Source: Phoronis australis (Eukaryota; Animalia; Phoronida). From it: a stretch of 64,000 nt of DNA. The stretch spans positions 204,136 to 268,135 of the forward strand of contig NMRA01000034.1 in NCBI GenBank assembly GCA_002633005.1. The letters run 5' to 3'. Numbering within the stretch: position 1 is the stretch's first letter; each line of letters starts with the position of its first letter. Positions 38,401 to 49,639 of the stretch are shown in pieces. The position numbers and the translations under genes were made by a program. Under the pieces are notes generated by a model. The model worked only from the letters and a program-made list of their open reading frames with translations. It was not told where the DNA came from and did no database searches.

Positions 38401-41007
38401 TAATGGTCTCTTTAGCACAGAGTAACCTTCTGTGAGAAATAACACATGTGGGTCTTTAGGTTGTATAATTATCTGCTACTCACTGACTAGGGGCCTGTTT
38501 CTTGAAAAATGATTTAAGACTTAAGTCAGAAATGTTGTCTTCCTTTTAGATTTTGTTATTTTCTCTAATTCCTGCACATTTGTCTTGAAGTGTCAAAATT
38601 TGTCAGAACATTACAAAAATCAGCCCAACAAAATTTGCCATTGGGGTGGAGAATTCAAACATTGGCCCAAAATTGATTGGTGATGGAGGAAATGATCAAG
38701 TTCCGAACGGAGTGGTTCTTTGCCATCTTGCCTTGAATCATCAAGTTCTCAACAAAGATGAGAGCTAAAGGGAGGGAATTCTGTGTACACTATTCACAGA
38801 AATGAAACGAGCAGATTTCTGGATTTAAGTAAAATCAAACAGTCTGAAAACAATTGGGACCCAGTTCCATGGCTTAAGCTTAACCAAATCTCTGCATCCT
38901 CTCCAATTACAATCAAGCTTTTGCCTTGTAATTGTTAGCATATCACAGTTTGATAATATTTTATGAAAAAAATACCCGAGGAACTGTCATCTATAGGCAT
39001 ATTTTCTTGGACCTGTACTTTTGCTGGGGTGAGGTAAAATTACTTTTCGGAAACAGATGTGTGGAACGTAAGAGGAAATTTCTGACTTAAGTTGCAAATC
39101 ACCCTTCTGGAAACGGATCCTGTATTTGTGTGGGATCTTAGATCATACAATCTACGGTCAGACTGATCTCTGTGCAGGAGCTGTTGCCAAATTCAGAAAA
39201 GTTTACCGTCTGATTTATCACCACACCTTGTGAAAGTCACTTGGTTTGATTTATCTGGAAAGGAGCATAAAAAGAAAATCACAACATTCTGGAAATTAAA
39301 TTATTTAAAATGACTATGAAATATTTTTTGTGTGTGAGTGGCTACCAAAACGTAACACTGCTATTAACCTGTCGTCGATCAAACTAACATTTGACATAGA
39401 CCACACACAGCTATAAAGCGGATGCCAGATGACGATTTGTTTCATTCCCAGATGAGATGTGATTTCTGAACTTGGAATAAAGTGAATGCTCGTTATTTCT
39501 CGAGATCATACTTGTCACATAAGGTGTGACCTGCCATGGCAAGCCAACCTATTTTGAGCCTGGTCTCGATCAAAAACAAACTTCCACTTCTTTCCTAGTC
39601 CAGAAATCTGCCCTAATCTTAGTAAGGAACATATTTTTTAATTTTCTTTTTCTCATTCACTTTAAGTCTAAGCTGCTACTGTATATTATTCACTGCAGTA
39701 GGTCTTGTATTTTGTTTGTAATCGTGCACGTTTATGTCTCAGCTATTTCTCAGTCAAAGGTAAGGGTAACACCTTCTTCAAAGAAGTGATATGATGTATG
39801 AGTTATTAGAAACCATAGTCATACTTGTTCTGTGTTGTGACCTCATTGGGCCAAACCATGTTTGAAAAATCGATTATCATGTTTGGAAATACTTGGCTTA
39901 TTTCGCACAAAAATAATTTCCAAAATTTTAATTTTCAACCTTTTAAGGCTGTTTAGATTGTTGCATGCGATGAAAAATTAGCCACGGCGCTTTTTATGAC
40001 ATGTACACAATACAGTGTAAACTAAGTTATTAAAAGGCAAACATTTTGTTATCCTATGGTGGTGAGAAATTTAGTAAAATAAAAGTTTGTATATTGTTAC
40101 ATGGTTCGTATTTGTGTACACAAGAAACATGGTATAGGTTAACTTTCAATGTGTATCTTTGATCAAAACAGGGATATTGGTGACACCTAATGGTTACTAA
40201 AACAAGCCCTGGACAAATGTTCACCTAGTGCAGAGAATGGTTTGCCTGTGACATGGTGACATTCTGTGACAAAAACTAGTGAAACACAGAAAATAAATAA
40301 GGTAGCCTACTTGATTGTGAAGTAGCTGAGTGTGTACATGTGTCTGCCGTGCAGTGAGTTTTTCATACCTGTGGGTGATTGGTTTCTATTCATGTGACTT
40401 TTGCTGGTATTTTATGCAGTAATGGTGCGGGCTGTGGTTGTTATTTCTATATTGACTCTAAAGTAAAGATCATCTGAATACTATGATGTATCTGTTCACT
40501 CCATACAATCACTCACAGTTCACTCACCTCGGTGGGAATTGCTGTGTTTATTAATACCATATTTTTCCAAGTTCTAAAAATTAGTTTTTCATCTTCAACA
40601 TGTACGCCTATTTGGTGTTAGGGTGTTTATCCATTTTGTTAAAAATTCATTTTATTTTCTTCTTGAAAACCAATAATTTGTTTTTATTTCTCTGAACATT
40701 TTGGTGTGCTCATATGGGTAACTACCAGGACAGGTAATGAAGGCTAGTGACATCTATGGGAGAATGTAAAAGTTAAAGAAAAAATCAAAGGTTGGCAGAA
40801 TACTGGCTCAGACCTTTTAACCATTCATGTTAATGAATTGGCCTGTTGCGTATGTTTGGTTTGTGTAGCCGAAACAAGTGTTTGTTTTTTTCTTGTCAGT
40901 GTGTCTCCTGGTTGCGTTATCAAGGAAGCTATGTTGTGAAGGAAGATAAAGTGCAATTTGTTCTGGACGCAGAAGAGGAGGAGTTTGAGAGCTCCGGCAT
41001 AATTTAG
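20560..41007 (+). CDS. SLC11A2: NRAMP/SLC11 divalent metal (Fe2+/Mn2+)-proton symporter, DMT1/Malvolio-like, ~569 aa; coding exons 20560-20593, 22651-22778, 23977-24099, 25320-25485, 26152-26212, 27059-27197, 28872-29027, 30092-30250, 30687-30770, 31631-31750, 32407-32630, 35053-35209, 35698-35748, 40900-41007
   Basis: All exons are AG/GT-bounded and phase-compatible (1710 nt in total). Hallmark motifs are present: [29 protein letters not shown] (TM1 DPGN), [22 protein letters not shown] (TM6), [19 protein letters not shown] (consensus transport motif) and QLPFALLP. N-glycosylation sequons lie in the TM7-8 loop. The symbol is the nearest vertebrate name; the gene may be co-orthologous to SLC11A1 and SLC11A2. 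The first and last coding exons are less certain than the core. Confidence 0.96.
21609..21659. repeat. (TG)n/(TGCG)n microsatellite
   Basis: Directly visible. Confidence 0.95.
22018..22348. mobile_element. TTAA-flanked MITE (Kolobok-like)
   Basis: TTAA|AGGGCCATTTTCGG ... CCGATAATGTCCTT|TTAA, with imperfect TIRs. Confidence 0.5.
24467..24612. repeat. Dispersed repeat (probable transposon end), homologous to the arms of the foldback at 28113-28353
   Basis: ACAACCAAGCAAAA...CTCACAGCAGCCATCTTCGGAAGCTG...GTTCCAAATTTTAGA is shared between the two sites. Confidence 0.8.
26351..26425. repeat. (TG)n microsatellite
   Basis: Directly visible. Confidence 0.97.
27940..28620 (+). mobile_element. L1/Tx1 LINE ORF2 C-terminal (zinc-knuckle) relic, interrupted by a foldback insertion
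   Basis: [39 protein letters not shown] (from 27994) resumes as LHLFWEC at ~28412-28432 and is followed by [10 protein letters not shown]. Confidence 0.75.
28113..28353. repeat. Long inverted repeat (112-bp arms, 17-nt loop)
   Basis: Arms 28113-28224 and 28242-28353 differ at ~5 positions. The insertion is flanked by the 13-bp direct repeat ATTTCTCCATCTG (28098-28110 and 28408-28420). Confidence 0.93.
32812..34200 (+). mobile_element. Helentron-associated (HINE/DINE-1/Pearl-like) non-autonomous element with degenerate internal tandem repeats
   Basis: It starts TTTTTATGCACCCACATA...TATGTGGGTGC (subterminal hairpin) and carries recurrent GATTTT(C/T)ATGAAATTT and CC(A/T)CCTAGTGG motifs. Boundaries are approximate. 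Confidence 0.5.
35369..35570. repeat. Minisatellite, ~5 x 41 bp
   Basis: Units start at 35369, 35410, 35451, 35492 and 35533. Consensus is ATGTATTTTGTTAACAGGTTAAAACAGGGTTCATGAGTCAC. Confidence 0.92.
37280..37760 (-). mobile_element. Highly degraded CR1-like reverse transcriptase relic
   Basis: [11 protein letters not shown] (resembles FADDxKIYR), FQKDVDLF (resembles LQxDLDxL), DVTGVSP (resembles VxSGVPQ) and MYLGR. The frames are broken. Confidence 0.45.
38491..39120. mobile_element. Harbinger-like MITE, same family as 6747-6983
   Basis: Imperfect ~40-bp TIRs GGGCCTGTTTC...GACTTAAGTCAGAAAT / ATTTCTGACTTAAGT...GAAACGGATCC. Confidence 0.6.
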
Positions 41008-43188
41008 AGTGCCCAAAGACTTTAGGGTAATAGGGTGTTACTAGAAAATAGGGGCATGCTGGTATCTTTATAAGTGGTACCCTCTCAAACCCAGAAATGA
41101 TGTACTAGGTGTACATTAGTGAAATGATGTCCATTGTGGTTGGAATAACGATTTATGGGATAGATTTCATTGTTAACATTCCGTAAGTGAAGATTTCTCT
41201 CTGCAAGTTCTGGGCGTGTCTCTTGCCTCCAGGTGTTACATCTGCATTTCCAGTTTTTAGAGACAGCAATACCTTCCACTTTGACAGAGACAGTAGCAGT
41301 TGTACTCAGTTATCCAAAGCAGGGTTCATTTTATTGTAAATTTCTGTGATTTTTTGAAGTTTTTTTCATTATTTGAGGTGAATGTGAAGGCTATCGGTAA
41401 AATACTCAAAATGTAAGTGTATTTTATATTTTAACCTTGATTTCCAAGAATTTTTACAAATGAAAATAATTTTATTCATATGTTTTCAGTGGAAATGTCT
41501 GATAGGTTAGTGTTTATTTGGTAGCTTTAACCCACAATGGGTTTAGGAAAAAAGGGCTACTGAAAACAGGAGTCACAAAATGACTGATTTATTCAAAGCA
41601 GCTTCACGGTTTCTGAAACCTTACGTTTCAAACGTTAAGACAAGACAGGGTAGGGCCCCGTTCAGTGGATCACTTTTGTGTACAGATTATTGGATTATGA
41701 CTTTGAAAGGTTTAGTAAATTTCTCTTTCAGTGTGATCCACCAAAATTGTCTTGGTCAGTACTTTAAAGGCAAATAGTAGAACAGGTTAGGTACCTAGGA
41801 AACAAATAATATTGCAAATCTCTCTTTCGTTTTCCATCCACCACCATATCATTTTTGAGGTTAGCCCTCACTTATGACAAAATCAACCACAGTTAAACTG
41901 TCGCTTCCCTGTGATGGCTGAAACTAAGTAATTGTTCCGTTGTGTCTATCAAGCTGTTACTACCAGCCAATCAGACCACAAGAAAATGTAAACCCTTGAT
42001 GGTCTTCCATTTTAGACCCTCCAGCGTTCGTTTTGTGGAAGGGTGGTTTTTCATTGAGCTGTGGGAGCTCTAGGGTTTATGGAGAATGATCAAGGAAAGG
42101 AGCTTATGGGCTGTATAAAGCATGCATAAGAACTCACAGTCAGCTGAATTTGAATGTATGGCCTGGAATAAACCTCTGAAGTGAAATACAACTCACTTAT
42201 TGCATATTCGAAAAATATTTTCTTTTCTACACGTCTAGTATATGATTTGAATTGGGCTAACAATCAAATATGTCAAACATGTTGTCTTGGTGACAGGACA
42301 GGTGACCTAACCAACACCCCTACACTCCGTCCTGTATGGCTATTCTTATTCCCAACATCAAACTTTATGCTGTTAAATGCCTGCAATCATTAATTGTAAA
42401 GTCTTGTATAGAATAGGTTACCAGTGCACCAAGTCGTGGTACTTAACACCACTGAGTGGGAAACAACATTTGTTTAAGAACCAGGAGAGGCTTACTTAGG
42501 GGCTCTATCATCTGAATGAAGTTGGGTTGATGTCAGTGGGTTAGTTATCTAGTTAGTAACCATGTTGTGACTTGTTTTTAAATAGCTTTTTTTTCTTGAA
42601 ACCATTTGTTCACTTAGGGTAGGACCATTATCCATAAGGTACCATTTCAAATTGCCAGGAATTTCCCACTGAACATACATGTATACATGACTTGTATGAA
42701 TTACATTGGTTTTCTCTATTTCCTGGGAAATTAGTTATTTACATCGATTTTCTATAGGTGCTGTGCATTTAATATGTTTACTCTGAATATATTTACTTCA
42801 TTGTTTCAAGTAGTCATTGATTTATGTACTAATCGTTATAATTGTGTTGTTTGTGATTATCAGTGTAATTCATTGGAACTGCATAGCTTAATCATGACAC
42901 ACCTCTGAATTGTAGGAGAACGCGAGATTTACTTGCATTCCAAGGAACGCAGAATTCGCACAAATTTGTTGATTTTACTGTTAACGTTGTTGGTGACGTG
43001 GGATGTCTTGAGGTTTTATCATAACTGTTTTAAAATACAAATCTGTTATTCAAATTTTCTGCCGTGTTTTCTTTCCTCAGGGAAAAACTTTCATGTGAAG
43101 GGAAAGTTCATGACAAGGGACTCTGATTTTGTGCACGCAGTCACGTGCGTTACCGCTGTATTACCTCCCGTGCTGAACCTTGCAATGT

Positions 43189-43951
43189 GCAAAAGGTACC
43201 CGCTCATCCAAAACCTTTACGGCTAACAGATGGCGCTTTTCATCAGTCACGTGTCATTTTATCGCTCAAGTAAGACTGTCTGCACCAAGAACCTTGACCT
43301 ACATTCTGCTGCTGCTGACTGTAACCACAGGTCACGAGAGTTCATGAACCAGACAGTGTATGTCCTGATGAGTGGCGAATTTGTGTGGAAAAGAAATCTT
43401 TGTGTCCGACATTCCATGTTTAAAACCCCATTTGTAACAACTATTTATAACATATAATTAAGATGAAAGTGTTAATAATATACGCTGTTGTGGTTGCTCG
43501 GCCTAAACGCTGGGGTAAAATATATATTCAATGAACGTGACCATGGTGAGGCTACTAAACCGGGCCCGGCCACTTATCCGCCCGGCGAGATTTTGGCAAC
43601 TTCACAACCATAATTTTAATTAGGTTGAAACATAACCACTATATTTTTTTAAAATTATGCTTGAATTATACATGGTGATATACATGTTAGGTTTTATTCT
43701 CTGCGATATTTTCTTTTTCGTTCAGTGTCTCGTTAGCCAACAACACTGAGCCCAGCAGACCGGACTGGCTGTGGCAAGACACGGCAGCTGACTGGTTCAC
43801 CAAGTAGAAACGTCTGTATTTAATGTTCTATCAACACAAGATTCACAAGAATGTCACATGACTGTAAGCAGCGCGGCCTGTTAGTAAAGCATCATTGCAT
43901 CCAGCGCCATCTGTTAGCCGTAAAGGTTTTGGATGAGCGGGTACCTTTTGC
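43189..43951. mobile_element. Non-autonomous Mutator-like (MULE) DNA transposon, 763 bp
   Basis: Perfect 49-bp TIRs (43189-43237 and 43903-43951) and a perfect 9-bp TSD TTGCAATGT (43180-43188 and 43952-43960). Confidence 0.9.
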
Positions 43952-44249
43952 TTGCAATGTTGACTATCAATAAACGCCTACTTGCTGCCGGCGGATCTAG
44001 GATGTTGTAAGGGTTATGCACGGGGGTAAATCACGAATATTGAAGCGAGTAACCCCTGAAAAACAGCATTCTGTTTGATTCTGTTTGTGTTCCTTTTCTT
44101 TTGGTTGTGTCCGTGATGTTGGGGTTGTATGTCCTAAATCTGCCTATGAAGTTTAAAGTACTAGATTCAACTTCCCACGCACATATAGTAGCTCGTACGT
44201 GAGTACATGTAGGTCAGTGAGTTATGCTGGTTGCCTGTCTTCCATAGTG

Positions 44250-44700
44250 GCATCTGAAGAACGCTGGTCAACGCGCATCTCCAAGTTGACGTTACTGGAA
44301 GACAGTTTTTTTTGTCTGTGTAGGAGGCTTGTTGCGGCTACGGTAAAAGTGAGAAAGGAATTGGTCATTGTTTTGCAAATTCTATGTCCGTATAGGGTAG
44401 GAAGGAAGCCTACGTCTCTTTCTGTTGCATGTGGGTCGCTCCGGAATGCCCAAGCTCTTGTTTGAGGTCTAATATTGCCTGCTTCAAGATTAAGCTTGCG
44501 CAGTTGTGCTTCCAAAGCGGAATGACACTATCTTTGTCGTCAAGTGTGAATGATGTGAGAGTCGCGTTTCTTCCAGGTTACCTTAGCATTATGACGAGTC
44601 AGGCACGGAGGCAAGTGTACGCTTTATTAGACGCCCGGTCGGATACTTGTTTCGTATCTGAAGATACCGCAATGCACTGGATGTGCAGCCTACTGTGTCA
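44250..44700 (+). mobile_element. BEL/Pao LTR retrotransposon gag-protease relic
   Basis: QVYALLDARSDTCFVSEDTA resembles the Pao aspartic protease motif (ALLDSGSxxTFI). Degenerate Cys/His-knuckle-like sequence lies upstream. Confidence 0.6.
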
Positions 44701-46213
44701 AGACTGTGGCTGACGACGCATCCATATTACTGACTTCTTCGGGAAAATATTCCCAAAACGAATGACTGAAAGATACCCTAAGACGCGAACGCCTTGCGCC
44801 CGGCCGTGACAGCCGGAATGCATCCATAACTGAGCACAAACATGCATAAAAATTGAATGCTTCAATGCAGGATAGGCATTGAAAAGTGTGGTCAAATATG
44901 TCTTTACAAAACGACAATGTGCTCACAGAAAACAGTTATTTTTAAATTCCCCAGTTCGGCCAATATGCTAAGATGTTTTCGGCCCGCATCCCGGCTCGTT
45001 TTGAGAGCTTGCTCTCTCTCGTACTGAAAAAAGGAGAAACGCTCGAGCGCATCAATTTCAGCCAAGCTCTCGTGTTTTTAAAAAAATCACAAAGGCACGA
45101 AGGAAGGTCTGAAACGCATGATTTGCCAAGTGTTGAGATAATTATATCCGGCGACATTTTTACTCGTCCCAGGCACTGGCAGGCGAATTTTCCAATGACT
45201 CATAAAGACAAATGCTTTGTTATAGTTGACTAGTGTCAGCTTTGATCGAGGAATAATAAACTCGAGGGTATTTGGTCCCAGGTGGGCTTTCTTTTTGAAA
45301 AAGTGATCAACTAAAAAGTTTTCGCACCACCGACTCGATCTTAAAAGAAAAAAACAGATCAAAACCAACTATGGGTTTTTTGGCCTTAGTGCATAACTTT
45401 ATCAAGTGAAATCACCACTTATGTTGTAGTGCGACTTGAGTACACTCTAATCATAATTTCATCTTGGGCAACGGAGATTAGTGGCTGAAAAGGCCTTCAG
45501 AAAATTCAGTATTGGTAGCGCCGTTTTTTGTCAATGCGGGAGTTGGATCCCCGATTACCCTGTTCGACATCACACCTTGGGACCTGCGGACCATCGGACT
45601 AGTGGACCTTGCGACTGTTATGTGCATACAGATACAGGAGTAGCCAATACTTTGACTAGTGAACATAGCGGAATTCTATCTCTCAGGGTATGCTGGTTTG
45701 GACATTTTATTCCACAGTGACACATTTTTGTTGAGAGATTGTTGCCTGGAAACCCAGCCCACATATAAGAGACACCAAACATCATACGTGCACGTGATCT
45801 GTCTGTTATCTACGTAAGTCCGGGTGTTGCATCAACTGAATAAATGCAAAACAATTTGACTTCTGTTTTAAACATCATGTAATAATAATATGCAGTTCTA
45901 AGAAATATGAGGACGAACAAAGTTGAAAATAAATTCTTGTAAAGGATGACTAGATCTGAAAAGAACCGTTGGAACTCGGTCATAAGAAACGGTAAAATGA
46001 TGTACCAAAACAGTTCTCAAACGTGTCGACGAATTGCAAATTGAAGCTGTCGATCTTTGTTCTTGGCCAGTCTAATTGGCAACAATGAGTGGTGGCAAGT
46101 TTATCTGACCTGAAAAAGAACCGAAATTTCTAATTGAAAAGACGTACCTGTAGGTCATCATTGATTCGGCAGCAAACAGAACGATATCATTAATACACGG
46201 CAGTCAAATGTTT

Positions 46214-48462
46214 TTAAACTTTTGAACTTGTATTTCGAGCAACTCCATTCTTAGTGATGAGACCCGAGCACTTACCGTCATCCAATATTGCGATATCGTC
46301 AAACGCGAGGTTGTAGTGACCATGGGAAGTCTCGCTATTTTTCCCGTTGCCACGTGATTTTGGAACTGGAAAATCGGCAAGCGATATCTTATTTAGTTCC
46401 TTTTCGAATTTTGTGTTTAATTTCCGTTTCTCGTAATTGGCTTCAACTTCAGCTTTAGGCCTTGGTATACGACACGTCGTGCAGCAGCAAACAGTTACCG
46501 CTGTAAAAAAATCACGTTGGTATCGAATGTGTTTCAGTTTGCACAACGCATTTATGATAATGGTGATGCATCAATTTTTAATTAACATTGAACAAACCAA
46601 CCTTTTACCGCCGATGTCTACCAACCCAACACTTGCAAAACTTCCGAAATAATCCCGATTTTCCTATTCTAATTGCTACCCACAACGTTTCGAAATTTTG
46701 CAAAGTGTGTTACGCAGCACCGGCAGTGTTAACTTCGAATCTAGGCTACAGAGTTTTTTTGATTTACACAGCACATCAGGCCATGTTGCGTTTTGCGTTT
46801 ATTTTTGTTCTTTGTTAATTATGGAACATCAAAATAAAGCCATTCAAGCCCTCTTTCACTTCACGGCCATCGATCTAGATTTGCGTTTGTTTAAAAATAA
46901 GTCAATGTAACGGTATAAACACATCAGACTTCTTCCGGTTGCGAGAGCACAAACATGTTTCATTTTAACATGTACTTAAACTTACTACATGGTTGCGCCA
47001 TGTTGGAATTCCTGTCCTGCGCTATGTACAAGGAATTTCATACATCGCGCAGATTCCCATATGGTTCGGAACAGATACATGTGCTGTGACTTTGACCTGT
47101 TTCAGACCATCAAGTTGTTTCCTCTAAAACGAATAACATACTGGCCCGTTCATAGGATAAACTCTAGCAAGACTGGCTGTGGATGGCCCACAGTGTAACT
47201 AGGCAATTTATGACTTTCTTCACTCAAGAAGAAAAGCAATGATTTTGCTATGGCTGCAAATACAGGCCTTTTTTCTTTAACTTCTCTTACTTATTAGCAA
47301 TACTCCGCAGCACGATAATCCAATGATATGCCACAAACGAAAGCCACCCGCAATGACTGTCTCTGACGTCATCGGTTTAGTTGATGGCGTTTCACTTTGT
47401 CCTGATGCCTGTAAACGAAAAAAGTCATCAAAGTTTTGAAAATGTGAAGTTGTCACACTGTGAATACGACTGACTTACAGTAAAAAGAAACTGAAGGAAC
47501 GGAAAGTATGAGTATAAAAAGTTGTTGAAGTGGAATGAGATACTTTGCAGCAGAACACTAAAAACATGGATCGAAAATCAATTGCGATATTTGCACAGTC
47601 ATTAGACTAGGCAATTTATCATACGCTACTAGCATCGATCGCCGTAGCCTATTTCTTTCGAATTTATTCATATATTGCAAAATTGTCGATTACAAATGTG
47701 TACTTTGTTGGGCAGAGCTCGTGTACTTTGCTGGATTATGTACACGCATTTACTGCATACCAGGATACATGGAACTAAGTTATTTACCTACAAAATGACG
47801 ACAGGGGATATCCAACGAGGACGATTTACTAATTATTAATAATTATTTACTTATTAGCAAAGATCCCATATCACAATACTTGTCTTTAAGTCTTAGTAGC
47901 TTGGTTACCAAATATCACGGTTATCCGACACGTTTTATATAGTTATGGTTGATCGATGGAACGCACAATTTCGATTGTTTTCTGGTCATAGGCACTTCTC
48001 ATCTGCCGGAAATTATACCCCAACGTTTGCTTTCTTGTTTTTTATATGGAATCTTACGTAGCACGAAGACAGTTTCACGAGCGTATTTTTCTGAAAGAAC
48101 ATTCGTTTCTGTTTTCTATTTCTGATCACAAAGTCAAGGTTTGACACAAAAACAATCCGCATCTTATTTTAGTCCAACCTTATCTCAGTTGAGTTTGGGT
48201 GCAACAACAGGCTCACACTATAAGGTATTTTTACCCACAATGCATATAAGCTACAGATGGTGAAGTTATCATATCAACGACCTGATAAATTGTCTTTTCT
48301 TGTTGGAAAGTATACATGAAGGTACTGTAAGTTATATGTAACTGTCCTCGGCATCCGGACATTTCAATTTGAAAAAAACATCAGCATACTTACTGAAGCG
48401 ACGAAAGAAATAAGCGCAGCAGCTTTGAATAGACCTTCAACGCACAGCATGGCGCAGTCCAT
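46214..48462 (-). CDS. TMIE: Transmembrane inner ear expressed protein homolog, ~157 aa; coding exons 48394-48462, 47291-47408, 46214-46500
   Basis: The spliced protein is MDCAMLCVEGLFKAAALISFVAS|ASGQSETPSTKPMTSETVIAGGFRLWHIIGLSCCGVLLIT|VTVCCCTTCRIPRPKAEVEANYEKRKL...SSKV*. It matches the TMIE signature (ETV...RLWHxxG, TM helix, CC...CRxPRxxxEIEAxYxxRK). Splice sites are canonical, in phases 0 and 1. Confidence 0.92.
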
Positions 48463-49639
48463 ACGATACCCTTTTTGAGTTCTCAGCTATTGCAGGTGTT
48501 ATAAAAACTGACGAGGTGACAAACGAGTTTCCCGCTCGAAACCGGACACGCTCACGCAGATATCGATCTGAGTTGAGTTCAACTGTTTACAAAGGCGAAT
48601 ATTTGAAATTGAAGAGCAGCACACTGTGTTGTATTATGGATGTCGTGAAAAATGGAAAAGATGTTTTAAAGCATGAAGTTGTATAGTAACTATTTCAATT
48701 CTTCTGTGTATTTCCGAAAAAGCGCTGGACCAAGATTTTTAAACCATGTAGAAACAAGTACAAACACTCGGGTCTCGATATATGTTATTTATTTTAGCTA
48801 CATGTATTTGAGCCGGCACCAATCCCACGCTGTCAAATTTGCTGTTATTTAGCCCACTTACTGTAATTGGTCATATCTTGTCCTTACTCAGTTTAAAAAT
48901 GACCTCGAGTCTCCGGAAAAACTGACAAGTGGTTATTTCTTCTCCGGACCAAGCTCATAAAATTTCAGTTCACACCGTGAGCTTGGTCTCAAGCAATAAC
49001 CAACTGTCAGTTCTTTCGAAGCTTTGAGATCACCCATAACTTCAGTAGGAAACATTTTCAGAACAATTTCATAATGACACGAGTTTAATGTCACATTGAA
49101 TATTTGTCACTTTAAACAGACTTTTCAAATTCTGTTTGTTCGGTATCATTTTTCGGTCAACTTGGACAACTGTATTCATAAAATAGACACGCTGTGATTG
49201 ATTACTAGCTTCACAAGCCTGACAAGTCTTATGCAATTAGCTTTTTATTTCACTCTGCGGAGAGCAAAATATGAGAAATCATCAAATAATAACTGATGAT
49301 AACTGAACCATAAGTTTCAAGAAGAAATGTAAACAACCCGAGCTACCACCAAAAACAGTTTTGACGCTTCATGTGCTCCTGTGAGTATATGTCCAACTGT
49401 AGACAGCGTTCAAAATCTGAGTGCGTTTTGCACAGTGGCGCAACTGTGTTGCAGACAATGGGCGTGTGGCCCTGTGGGCGCGTAGATATGACACTTTCTA
49501 GCGCTAACTTGTTCATACTTTTTCATATTACCTTGAAAATACGGACACAAAGCTCCCAGTAGGTCTACGTGTGCACGCGTGTCCCTCGGAGACATGTTTG
49601 TTGATTTCATTCCAGATTCCCTCAATTAATAACTAATGT

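Noticed and set aside
42853-42873. CAGTGT in a small hairpin downstream of NRAMP (also CAGTG at 36272, 41729, 42422)
   Set aside because: None has the 5-bp upper stem plus bulged C of an IRE.
38549-43098. Other AG-preceded short frames as the NRAMP last exon (e.g. 39452 MRCDF*, 41490 WKCLIG*, 43081 GKTFM*)
   Set aside because: They are short and unremarkable. 40900-41007 has a long pyrimidine tract and a protein-like acidic tail. The alternatives cannot be excluded without transcripts.
47847-47860. 14-bp copy of the TMIE exon-2 donor region (TTACTTATTAGCAA), suggesting a mutually exclusive exon
   Set aside because: The upstream sequence has an in-frame stop, no TMIE similarity and no good acceptor.
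48508-48545. Hammerhead-like CTGACGA...CGAAAC (also CTGATGA at ~43366)
   Set aside because: Stems II and III and the NUH cleavage site cannot be formed.
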